Shown: piece after piece, positions 9,701-16,966 of the stretch | Layout: every line of letters starts with the position of its first letter | How positions within the stretch are numbered: the stretch's first letter is position 1 | Origin: a virus | Taxonomy: Duplodnaviria; Caudoviricetes | Direction: 5' to 3' (one strand) | IMG/VR virus record: IMGVR_UViG_3300025646_000181 | Location: 1 to 33,324 of that record | Length of the DNA: 33,324 nt | Made by a program: the position numbers and the translations under genes | Notes under the pieces: generated by a model | Database searches by the model: none | What the model was told of the DNA's origin: nothing | What the model saw: the letters and a program-made list of their open reading frames with translations, nothing else

Positions 9701-10756
9701 TGTGCGCATAGCAAGCGCATTGTTGTAACCTACACCTAGTTCTGTTTGAAATTCGTTAACTAGTTTTGAATTTCTAACCAAAGCTCCTGTAAGTGCTGTA
9801 AATAAAAATACAGGGTCGCTGAGCGTATTTTTGAGGTTATCAAATGTTTTAGAAACTAATTTGCCTGCTATTTGAAATTTATCGGCTTCTTGTCCAGATT
9901 CTAGGAGTTCTTTTTTAATATCTTCTAAATCTTGGGCTTTAAATATTTGTCCTATACCGGGAAGTTTGCTAAGTCCCCCAATAATGGCACCTGTTAAGCC
10001 AGTAGCTTTATTGATTTCTTGTATTCTAGCTAATTGTTCTTTTTGTTTTGCATTAGCTTCTTCTAAACCAGCAACATTCATATTAGTAAACAACAATTGT
10101 TGTTGCATAGGATTTAGTGTCTCTAATTGGGTTTCAAGAGAGTTATCTAAAGACCTAGCTGAAGCTTGTAATCTTTCTAATTTTGCTGCGTCGTAAGGAG
10201 CACCTGCTGCTACAGCTGCTAATTCTGCTTTAATTAATTTTTCTATATCTTGTCTAGCTAAATAAACGTCTTGAGCTTTTTGTACTTGCTTTAAAGACTC
10301 TTCGCTCATTCCCTCAGTTAGGGATTTAGATATTTTTAATGCTGCTAAACGTTTTTCGTCGTTTTTGGCTATTTGTTTAGATACATCGCTTTCACTGGTT
10401 AAATTTTCTTTTTGATCTCTTAAAGTATTTGTTATATCTTTATTAATTTTAAAAAGATCTCTATCAAATTCATTGCGTCTTGTTTGAATACCTAAACTTT
10501 CTTTAAGACTTTCTACTAAACCTACCGAAACATCGTATAAACCTGTTCCTGCATCTACGGCTTTATTTAATTCTTTAACAAAACTCTCACCATTTTGGGT
10601 AACGGTTTGAGTAATATTTGCTATTTCTTCTAAAGTATTGTATTGTTCAGAAATAGCTTTAGCCCTTTGAGCACTAAGATTTCCTTCACGCTGTAAAAGT
10701 TCGGCGAGTTGTTTTCTCTTTTCTATCAGTTTATCTAAATCTTGTTCTTCAGCCAT
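6770..10756 (-). CDS. tail tape measure protein (1328 aa)
   Basis: Long, Ala/Leu/Lys-rich helical N-terminal half, hydrophobic Ala/Gly-rich repeats in the C-terminal half; position downstream of tube and chaperone-like genes. Confidence 0.85.
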   Translation of the reverse strand: MAEEQDLDKLIEKRKQLAELLQREGNLSAQRAKAISEQYNTLEEIANITQTVTQNGESFVKELNKAVDAGTGLYDVSVGLVESLKESLGIQTRRNEFDRDLFKINKDITNTLRDQKENLTSESDVSKQIAKNDEKRLAALKISKSLTEGMSEESLKQVQKAQDVYLARQDIEKLIKAELAAVAAGAPYDAAKLERLQASARSLDNSLETQLETLNPMQQQLLFTNMNVAGLEEANAKQKEQLARIQEINKATGLTGAIIGGLSKLPGIGQIFKAQDLEDIKKELLESGQEADKFQIAGKLVSKTFDNLKNTLSDPVFLFTALTGALVRNSKLVNEFQTELGVGYNNALAMRTEIANAADASGDLFINSERLQKSVFALAQNTGVFFDLSSKSAETFTNLTERMGLAANEAGNLTMLLRLQGKDTETTMSNLVGTANAALATSKTTANVKDILGDVAKSSKGLQASFAANPGALAKAAVAARELGATLKDIEATQKSLLSFESSIEAELKAELLTGKQLNLEKARAAALNNDMKTLGEELKKQNVDLASFGKMNVLQQEAMAEAMGMSRDAMAEMLLKQQTQGMAAEEVRAKFGEQAYEQFKAMDASQKMNEAMAKLKDIFANLLTVVTPIIDALAFVLQPIAMIGQGIAKLNEWTKGWASKILGVVVAVKMLSGGFGGLLDKIKGISFGGLRERIVSAFDSKTYTGFFSGIQERFKGLSEPLKGLRDKLMDTFGGAADKAKGIQFDERIGKKGGFRDMVSGRFVSEEAANKAGVFKPGTGPTAAAAAGATDAAGSAGAAATAAPKGAAAGAAGATDAAGSAGATPAPADNGKTLKEKMQNIAEGIKAFADKDVIKGALSMIVAAPGLVALGLASLPLKITEKINGKAIQTGMEGIANGIKAFEGTTKGALALLVATPGLLALGLAAPGLALIGVVGTGIAAGLKGISVGMNALGKNMVGIIKGSIALTTLALPIAAAAAAFQLLEGVDPGAMIAFSVSLGILGTAAAILGSMLPVVAMGALALTTLAIPIAATAAAFSLLKGIDTSMMLGFAAALGVLGLAAAGFGIVAPLIITGSVAIGALGLALLPLAVAMNVAAPAAEQFAHVLSSLGEINVANLFGLAMTLPTLAFGIGALALSIGTAVLAAISLKVLTNALEPLAEMAPKFDITNKSLAGIAGSIALISTSLAGLDVSKLEQIADLGENINITSTAGLDVSKLEQIADLGENINITSTTVTSAAPTPSPQSPGTTSLTEGTTTAANAGGITGEEVRAIVEETVTATINALVPDMVAALKEGQGKIQVTNDNFNNSRQSEGPSRNRNIVNNNFA
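7062..7196. repeat. in-frame tandem duplication (69-nt period, 62 nt identical) in the tape measure gene
   Basis: 7062-7123 equals 7131-7192; encodes AGLDVSKLEQIADLGENINITST twice. Confidence 0.95.
8289..8398. repeat. 35-nt exact direct repeat (75-nt period) in an Ala/Gly linker of the tape measure gene
   Basis: gcacctgcagaaccagcagcgtcagtagcaccagc at 8289-8323 and 8364-8398; encodes AGATDAAGSAGA twice. Confidence 0.92.
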
Positions 10757-10774
10757 GTATAGAAATATTCCTAT

Positions 10775-10782
10775 ATAAATAT
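10775..10782 (-). promoter_or_regulatory. ATATTTAT putative phage late promoter upstream of the tape measure gene
   Basis: Copy of the recurrent ATAT[T/G]TAT motif, 18 nt upstream of the ATG and directly after a terminator. Confidence 0.6.
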
Positions 10783-10783
10783 C

Positions 10784-10816
10784 AAAAAGTGTAAGGCAGT
10801 GTTATACCGCCTTACA
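10784..10816 (-). terminator. intrinsic terminator
   Basis: Minus-strand stem UGUAAGGCGGU / ACUGCCUUACA (11 bp, one G-U), loop AUAAC, followed by CUUUUU. Confidence 0.75.
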
Positions 10817-11081
10817 GTTCATTTTTAAGCCCTGAATCTCGAGGAATGTTATCCCAGTCTATATTGAAATTTTCAAGAGTTTTCATCGCTTGTTCGTCTT
10901 CATTATGTCCTTTAGATGCTTCTTCCTGTTTTTTATGAATGTCGCTTATTTTATTTATATAATAGCGCCTCATATAAACTGGTAAATTCCACGCTTGTTC
11001 GAAACTGAATCCTCCCTGTCCCCAGTATGTGAGGTCGAATACCTCATCGTATATTACTGGTTTATACCTGGAGGTCAGGCC
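10812..11081 (-). CDS. start-less +1-frame ORF (89 aa, GLTSRYKPVIYDEVFDLTYWGQGGFSFEQAWNLPVYMRRYYINK...NEL), gp51/gpT-like extension of the upstream protein via frameshift
   Basis: Not in the ORF track. Frame open from 11090 to TAA at 10812; no ATG/GTG/TTG until an internal Met (YMRR); overlaps the last codons of 11062..11823 at TTC TTT TGG; fills the whole gap up to the terminator. Confidence 0.75.
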   Translation of the reverse strand, partial: GLTSRYKPVIYDEVFDLTYWGQGGFSFEQAWNLPVYMRRYYINKISDIHKKQEEASKGHNEDEQAMKTLENFNIDWDNIPRDSGLKNEL

Positions 11082-11823
11082 AAAAGAACGTTACTCCGAT
11101 GGGAATTTGGACGTTATTAACAACGGTACCGTCCTCTCCTTCGAAGTTAAACGTAAGATCTACGTCAGGTGACACATCCTTAATGTAGTTTCTTAACGCT
11201 CTTGAATCTACTGCAAGCAATTCTGAATCTACAAATTCTTTAATGGCAGCTTTATCTTTGTCTCCATCAATTGCTACGATGGTGTGTTTGAGACGTGTGG
11301 TTAATTCTGCTTCTCTTTTCATTTTTCTTTGATTCTTAAGATCAAGCTGAATGTTGTTTTCGTCTCTTTGGGTGAGAAGTTTAAATGTAACTTTTCTTTT
11401 TGAAGCGGGTAATTCAAAATCAAATTCGTTTACACCAGGTGTTTTGATAAGTGATTCATCTATCTCTTTATCTTGCACTTGAGCTAAATCGATCATAACT
11501 TCTTCGTCTTCATTAGTGCTAGGATTAGTGTAGTTAAACACATAATGAGGACCATAACCATAGACCCGCGCTGCAACCAAAACAGCGTTTTTATCTCCAA
11601 TTAAAATGTCGTTAAAATCGATAGGAGACACCACTAGCGATTGCAATAATTTATCAATTACTACACCCGATTTAATGTAGGATTGGTTTGTTAGGATATC
11701 TTCTTCTTTGGCCGTCATATACTTTACTTCTATTGAGCCGTTGCGAAGTGGAGAACCCTCTGGGTATAAAAGGCCTTTTGAAGGTAGGCCAACCATTTCA
11801 GTTTGTAACTTTTTTTCTGCCAT
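11062..11823 (-). CDS. T4 gp26-like baseplate hub / tail assembly chaperone (253 aa)
   Basis: N-terminal LPSKG..Y....P...G.IEVKYMTAKEEDIL, L.IGD..A.LVAARV.GYG and ELPASK..VTFKLLT motifs of gp26-like proteins; located between tube and tape measure. Confidence 0.7.
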   Translation of the reverse strand: MAEKKLQTEMVGLPSKGLLYPEGSPLRNGSIEVKYMTAKEEDILTNQSYIKSGVVIDKLLQSLVVSPIDFNDILIGDKNAVLVAARVYGYGPHYVFNYTNPSTNEDEEVMIDLAQVQDKEIDESLIKTPGVNEFDFELPASKRKVTFKLLTQRDENNIQLDLKNQRKMKREAELTTRLKHTIVAIDGDKDKAAIKEFVDSELLAVDSRALRNYIKDVSPDVDLTFNFEGEDGTVVNNVQIPIGVTFFWPDLQV

Positions 11824-11845
11824 GTTATAACATTTATTGTTGCAT

Positions 11846-11853
11846 ATACATAT
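11846..11853 (-). promoter_or_regulatory. ATATGTAT putative late promoter
   Basis: Recurrent motif, 22 nt upstream of the ATG at 11823, just downstream of a terminator. Confidence 0.6.
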
Positions 11854-11863
11854 ATGAGTAAAT

Positions 11864-11895
11864 AGAAAAAGGCGCCCAAAGGCGCCTTTTCTTTT
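11864..11895 (-). terminator. intrinsic terminator after the tail tube gene (looks bidirectional)
   Basis: AAAAGGCGCC-caaa-GGCGCCTTTT inverted repeat with U-tracts on both strands. Confidence 0.85.
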
Positions 11896-11911
11896 ATATT
11901 GTTTTTGGCAA

Positions 11912-12415
11912 TTAGTATCTTAATACGCAGTAATCCATTGCAAGAGTTAAGCTAATTGTCTGTGCAGTATTTGCGTTTGACCAATCGGCGTCTTGGAAGT
12001 CAGCACTCTTAATAAATGCTCCTTTCAATTCCCACTCTTCAACAACATCACCTACAGGACCTAAAGAACGGAATTTAACGTCTTTCTTGTAGAAATCTTG
12101 GTAACCGTCTCTACCAGTTATTGATTCGTGGTGGAGTCTAAACCAGTTCATTACGGCTTGTGCACCTGATGGGTTGATTGGATCGTACAATTCGCACGTA
12201 ATGTCACCCCAAGAAACTCTACCTTTGAGTTTTCTTTGTACGTTAATGTGGTCAAGTACTACTTCTTCAAATGAAGGTTTTGGTCTGTCTGCTTTTTTAA
12301 CTAAGAAAGCAGGTACACCTTCGATATCGAAGTAGAATCTGTTTTTAGTTTTTGGCTCGTATGTCTTGTAGAACATACCGATTGTGCCTAACTCTGAATT
12401 ATCTAAAATTGCCAT
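11912..12415 (-). CDS. tail tube protein (T4 gp19-like, 167 aa)
   Basis: EPKTKNRF, W.DIT.ELYDPI, GPVGDVVEEWELKGAF, ISLTLAMDY motifs; immediately downstream of sheath genes; size fits. Confidence 0.85.
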   Translation of the reverse strand: MAILDNSELGTIGMFYKTYEPKTKNRFYFDIEGVPAFLVKKADRPKPSFEEVVLDHINVQRKLKGRVSWGDITCELYDPINPSGAQAVMNWFRLHHESITGRDGYQDFYKKDVKFRSLGPVGDVVEEWELKGAFIKSADFQDADWSNANTAQTISLTLAMDYCVLRY

Positions 12416-12446
12416 TTTATTTTATTTTTAGTGTTGTTGGTTATTA

Positions 12447-12454
12447 ATACATAT
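12447..12454 (-). promoter_or_regulatory. ATATGTAT putative late promoter upstream of the tube gene
   Basis: Recurrent motif 1 nt after the sheath stop and 31 nt upstream of the ATG. Confidence 0.6.
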
Positions 12455-12455
12455 A

Positions 12456-14192
12456 TTAATCTGTGAAGGAGGCTCCGGTTGGTGTTAAAGTAAAGTCGAG
12501 AACGATAAATTCTGCGGTCTTTGTTGGTTGTAAGAACACCTGTCCTACCAATTTGTTTTCGTCAATAACATCCGGTGTGTTATTTTGGCCATCCATCTTG
12601 ACTTGGAAAGCGTAGAGGCCTTGTCTCTGTACCAAGCTTTCAAGGTATGGAGTAGCTAATCTTACAAAGCGTTCGCGAGTTGCTTCGGTATTCTGTTCAA
12701 ACAAGATACTTCTAGCGAATCCGTTGATAGTGTCTTTAACGTCAAGTAACATTCTGCGAACGTTTACTCTGTCAAGAGCACTCTTAGCGTTTTGTAGTGT
12801 TTTCTGGCCGAATACTACGATACCTTGTCCTGGGAAAGTAGCAAGTGGGTTAACTTTGTTTGAGTATAAAGTATCTCTAACTGCTTTGCTGAGTTTCTTT
12901 TCTACTCTAGTAACGTTGGTAATACCACCTCTAGTCAAACCAGCAGGTGCGAACCAAGGAGCTGCAATGCTGTCGTTTTTAGAGTATACACCTGGAATTA
13001 CTGTTGAAGCTGGGCACCATACGTTTCTACCTAATTCAGTGCTTCTAACAAGTACCCAAGGCCAGTAAGAAGCTGCGAATGAAGTATCTAATTCACCTGC
13101 TTCTGTGGTTACATTTGCGGTAGTTTTACCATAATCTACCAAGTCAACTACGTAGAAGCTATCGCCACGTGCAGTAGTGTTTTCAATTATAGTTGATACT
13201 TTATCGCTTGCTAATTCCTGTGTTAAACCAGGAGCAACTAGGGTTTTGAATCTGTATTCATCCTTGTTTTTTAGGATGTTGATAGCGTCATCGTAATCGT
13301 CTTCTTGGAGGCCTTGAATAGCGTTGTCTGCAACACCATTTTCACCAAATAATGGGGCACCATCTAAATTGCCACCAGTACCACCATCAAATATACCACT
13401 TCCGCTGTTAGGTAACTTGTCAGCATATCCAGCTTGGACTGAACCACCATTATCAATATATTGGTATAGTGAAGAACTTACAGCAGAAACTCTAACGTAT
13501 CTGGATTTGTTAGGAAATTCACCATTAATAGTAACTAGTATATTGTCAGGATCAGTTTCATCTTTGCTATAGTATTGATCGCCTACTCTACGAGAAATAT
13601 AGTTTTCAGAAAGTGGATCAAGTGAACATTCGGTAAATGTTTCAACAACTATTGGTTTAGCAGTAGTGTCGTCACCTCTTCTAATAATAAGAGTAAATGT
13701 ACCTTGTGCTGTGTTTATATCTTTAACTTCCCATCTTATGTTATCTTTAGATCCATTTTCTAAAGCACCGTTAGAATATTCAGATCCTGAGCTATTCATT
13801 AAAGTACCTTTACTTAAGGTTTCTAAAGTAAATGGTCCATCACCAGCAGTATCTGCAGCATCTCTAGGAGCTATTCTGCTGCTTGAGGCGGGAGTCCAGC
13901 TGCTAGCATCCCTAACTACTCTAGTTACTAGACAGTTAGAACCACCATTTTGGAAGTAATTCTTTACAGCTAAACTAGTATAATATTCATAAGCATTAGA
14001 TGCTGATTCTAATGTAGTTCCATATACTTCTTTAAAAGTGTTGTAATCTCTAATATAAGTAGGGATTTCAACCGGACCTTTAGCTGTAGGTCCAATAATT
14101 GCTAACCCAGAAGGGTCAACTCCAGGAGTGATAAATGATTTATCTATTTCTTGGAGTAATACACCAGGTGATAAAATTGTTTCTGTTGCCAT
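12456..14192 (-). CDS. tail sheath protein, copy 2 (578 aa)
   Basis: SPGV...E.D N-terminus, GPTAKGP, YFQNGG, PWFAPAG..RG, LY...VNP, FGQKTL, DRVNVRR, FEQN, QPTKTAEFI motifs of gp18-like sheaths. Confidence 0.93.
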   Translation of the reverse strand: MATETILSPGVLLQEIDKSFITPGVDPSGLAIIGPTAKGPVEIPTYIRDYNTFKEVYGTTLESASNAYEYYTSLAVKNYFQNGGSNCLVTRVVRDASSWTPASSSRIAPRDAADTAGDGPFTLETLSKGTLMNSSGSEYSNGALENGSKDNIRWEVKDINTAQGTFTLIIRRGDDTTAKPIVVETFTECSLDPLSENYISRRVGDQYYSKDETDPDNILVTINGEFPNKSRYVRVSAVSSSLYQYIDNGGSVQAGYADKLPNSGSGIFDGGTGGNLDGAPLFGENGVADNAIQGLQEDDYDDAINILKNKDEYRFKTLVAPGLTQELASDKVSTIIENTTARGDSFYVVDLVDYGKTTANVTTEAGELDTSFAASYWPWVLVRSTELGRNVWCPASTVIPGVYSKNDSIAAPWFAPAGLTRGGITNVTRVEKKLSKAVRDTLYSNKVNPLATFPGQGIVVFGQKTLQNAKSALDRVNVRRMLLDVKDTINGFARSILFEQNTEATRERFVRLATPYLESLVQRQGLYAFQVKMDGQNNTPDVIDENKLVGQVFLQPTKTAEFIVLDFTLTPTGASFTD

Positions 14193-14219
14193 TTTATTTT
14201 ATTTTGTATAGTTCTATAA

Positions 14220-16286
14220 TTAATCTGTAAATGAAGCTCCAGTTCTTGTTAGAGTGAAGTCAATTACAATGAATTCTGCTGTTTTAGTTGGTTGTAAAAA
14301 TACTTGACCAACGAGTTTATTTTCGTCAATAACATCAGGTGTGTTATTTTGACCGTCCATTTTAACCTGGAATGCATAAAGACCCTGTCTTTGTACTAAG
14401 CTTTCAAGATATGGAGTAGCTTGTCTTATAAAACGATCGCGAGTTGCAGCTGTGTTTTGTTCAAATACAATATTATCAGCAAATGTACCGATTGTATCTT
14501 TAACATCAAGTAACATTCTGCGAACGTTTACTCTATCAAGAGCGCTCTTAGCGTTTTGTAATGTTTTCTGACCGAATATTATAGCACCACTATTGGGGAA
14601 AGTTGCGATTGGGTTAACTTTATTACCGTATAATGTATCGCGACTTCCTTTGCTTAATTTCTTTTCTACTCCAGTTACTAATCTACCTAATTTACCTCTA
14701 ATTTCACCAGCAGGTGCAAACCAAGGCGCTCCTATGCTGTCATTTTTAGAATAAACACCAGGAATAATAGTTGAAGCGGGGCACCAAATATTTCTAGCTA
14801 ATTCGGTACTTCTAACTTGAACCCAAGGCCAGTAAGTAGCAGCGAATGAAGAATCGATATCTCCAGCTTCGTCAACTACGTTTGCCACTGATTCACCCCA
14901 AACTTCCATGTCTGTAACAAAGAAGCTATCACCACGTGCTGTAGTGTTTTCAATTACAGTGTTGATTGTGGTTGCGTGGGTATCTTGGTTAAGTCCAGGG
15001 ATAACAAGTGTTTTGAATTTGTATTCGTCTTTGTTTTTAAGAAGTGAAATTGCTATGTCGTAAGAAGAGGTACTTAAACCTTGAATATTATCAACGCTTG
15101 TTCCTGAAGCTGATCCGAATCTATTATCGGCAGCTGTAGTGCTTAATAAGTCTCCTATAGCTCCATAAAAACCACCAGATCGTGGTAGGGGTAATGAACC
15201 TGAGTAAGATACGCTGTCACTATCAACCCCAACAACTCCTTCGTTTGTGATATACTTGTATGTGGGATACTGAACGTTAGATACACGAACGTATTTAGAT
15301 TTGTTGGGGAATTCACCTGTGGTAGTAACTAAATAATCTCCAGTTTCGCTGTCTAACTCTGCTGCTTGTGTTTGGTCGCCTACTCTTTTAGCGATATAAT
15401 TTTCTGATAGTGGGTCGAGCGAACATTCAGTAAATGTTTCAAGAACAATAGGAGCTGCAGGTGTATCATCGCCTCTTCTAATAATAAGAGTAAATGTACC
15501 TTGGGCATTATTTATATCTTTAATTTCCCACTTAATGTTATCTTTAGAACCTGTCTCAAAAGCACCGTTAGCGTATTCAGATGCAGTAGTAGCAATACCA
15601 ACGCTTTGGTTAAATACGGTACCTTGACCAATAGTTACTAAAGTAAATGGTTGGTTATTAATAAGGTTATTGACAGTTAATGGTTCTAAAGTGTGAGTAC
15701 CACCACCATCAACACTAGTTCCAGCAAATTCTAATACGTCATTTAATTCATAATTTGCACCTAAACTTAAAGTTAAATTAGTTAATAATGAAGCTGATAT
15801 TGTAACACTAACTTTTCCTCCTGTGCCACTACCACCACTTAAAGCTATGTCGGAATAAGTGTTTATGGAAGATGGTGTACCATCAGCAAGAGAATTCCAA
15901 GTTCCTGATGAATCAGAAGCTGTAGTTTGTGTTGAGGTTAATCTGCCAGGTTGCCCACCTTTTGAAGATGTGATGTGAGTATTAGCGGCTGAAGTAAATG
16001 AACCAGATACTACTCTAGTTACAAGAGCGCTTGCTCCCCCGTTTGCAAAGTAATTTTTTACTGCAAGGTGTGTAAAATATTCTTCTCTTTGCGTGTCATT
16101 TTGGAATGTAGTACCGAAAATTTCTTTAAAATCACTGTAATTGTTGATTTGTAAGGGGATATTAACTGGTCCTCTTGCAGTAGGGCCAATGATTGCCATT
16201 CCTGATGGATCAACCCCAGGTGTGATAAAGGATTTATCGGTTTCTTGTAAAAGAACTCCGGGAGATAAGATTGTTTCTGTTGCCAT
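14220..16286 (-). CDS. tail sheath protein, copy 1 (688 aa, with an inserted domain)
   Basis: Same sheath motifs; collinear with 12456..14192 except for an insertion of about 95 aa. Confidence 0.93.
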   Translation of the reverse strand: MATETILSPGVLLQETDKSFITPGVDPSGMAIIGPTARGPVNIPLQINNYSDFKEIFGTTFQNDTQREEYFTHLAVKNYFANGGASALVTRVVSGSFTSAANTHITSSKGGQPGRLTSTQTTASDSSGTWNSLADGTPSSINTYSDIALSGGSGTGGKVSVTISASLLTNLTLSLGANYELNDVLEFAGTSVDGGGTHTLEPLTVNNLINNQPFTLVTIGQGTVFNQSVGIATTASEYANGAFETGSKDNIKWEIKDINNAQGTFTLIIRRGDDTPAAPIVLETFTECSLDPLSENYIAKRVGDQTQAAELDSETGDYLVTTTGEFPNKSKYVRVSNVQYPTYKYITNEGVVGVDSDSVSYSGSLPLPRSGGFYGAIGDLLSTTAADNRFGSASGTSVDNIQGLSTSSYDIAISLLKNKDEYKFKTLVIPGLNQDTHATTINTVIENTTARGDSFFVTDMEVWGESVANVVDEAGDIDSSFAATYWPWVQVRSTELARNIWCPASTIIPGVYSKNDSIGAPWFAPAGEIRGKLGRLVTGVEKKLSKGSRDTLYGNKVNPIATFPNSGAIIFGQKTLQNAKSALDRVNVRRMLLDVKDTIGTFADNIVFEQNTAATRDRFIRQATPYLESLVQRQGLYAFQVKMDGQNNTPDVIDENKLVGQVFLQPTKTAEFIVIDFTLTRTGASFTD

Positions 16287-16311
16287 TTCCTATATTTTTA
16301 TTGTCTTGTGT

Positions 16312-16347
16312 AAACAAATATGGGGAACCCATAGTTGGTCCCCCATA
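16312..16347 (-). terminator. intrinsic terminator-like hairpin between the fibre cluster and the sheath genes
   Basis: Minus-strand stem UAUGGGGGACC / GGUUCCCCAUA, 7-nt loop, followed by UUUGUUU; an ATATTTAT motif (16345-16352) overlaps its 5' arm. Confidence 0.65.
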
Positions 16348-16376
16348 AATATAAGAAAGGTTTCTAAACCGAGTGC

Positions 16377-16655
16377 TTAATCTTCTGCTTCTTCCTCGGT
16401 AGTTGAAACTGGAGTAAACTCACCGGTTTCTAGGTTAATTTTTCCTTGTCCGTAGGTAGTAGTGAGCTTAGATACGATTTCTTGTTCGCGTCTTTTTACT
16501 TCATCGAAATTGCTAGAAACTTGTTCTTTTTTCTTTCTAAGAGCTAAATTTTCGAGGTAAGTTTGACCTGCTTGGTAAACAACTGTGTTGAATAGTTTTT
16601 GGAGGTCTTTAATTTCGTTTAATTCTTCTTCAGTGAATTTTACTGTGTCTGCCAT
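16377..16655 (-). CDS. small coiled-coil protein (92 aa), possible fibre assembly chaperone
   Basis: Helical, charged sequence ending YGQGKINLETGEFTP; own upstream motif variant ATACGTAT (16681-16688). Function inferred from position only. Confidence 0.65.
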   Translation of the reverse strand: MADTVKFTEEELNEIKDLQKLFNTVVYQAGQTYLENLALRKKKEQVSSNFDEVKRREQEIVSKLTTTYGQGKINLETGEFTPVSTTEEEAED

Positions 16656-16711
16656 AACTTTTATTTTTAATGGTTTGCATATACGTATGTAAATATTTTG
16701 AAAACCCCAAA

Positions 16712-16966
16712 TTATTCGGGTTTAATTCCGTATTCTCCAGGACCTAAATGGTATGTAGTTTCACCAGAATCTGTTAGGTATGTAAAACACATTGTTTCAC
16801 CTTCAGGAATTACTAACGTATCGTAAGTAGCAACGTATGTTCCGTCTTCTTGAAGGCAATCTTCAAATGTTTCTTCAATAAAAGTCCATCCTAAATTTGG
16901 ACATGAAGGATGACTCCATGTTTGGTTGAATTCGTTTTCTGTTGTAAGTGTTACTGAGTATATCAT
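16712..16966 (-). CDS. hypothetical acidic protein (84 aa)
   Basis: ATGA overlap with the RCC1-like gene; intact ORF. Confidence 0.65.
   Translation of the reverse strand: MIYSVTLTTENEFNQTWSHPSCPNLGWTFIEETFEDCLQEDGTYVATYDTLVIPEGETMCFTYLTDSGETTYHLGPGEYGIKPE

Noticed and set aside
11062-11100. Classical -1 slippery heptamer for the tail chaperone
   Set aside because: No XXXYYYZ heptamer near the gene end and the -1 frame hits TGA within a few codons; the open frame is +1.
5659-16286. Extracellular contractile injection system (Afp/PVC-like) suggested by multiple sheaths
   Set aside because: Adjacent polymerase gene, long tape measure, extensive fibre cluster and absence of an Afp15-like ATPase or host genes fit a phage better.
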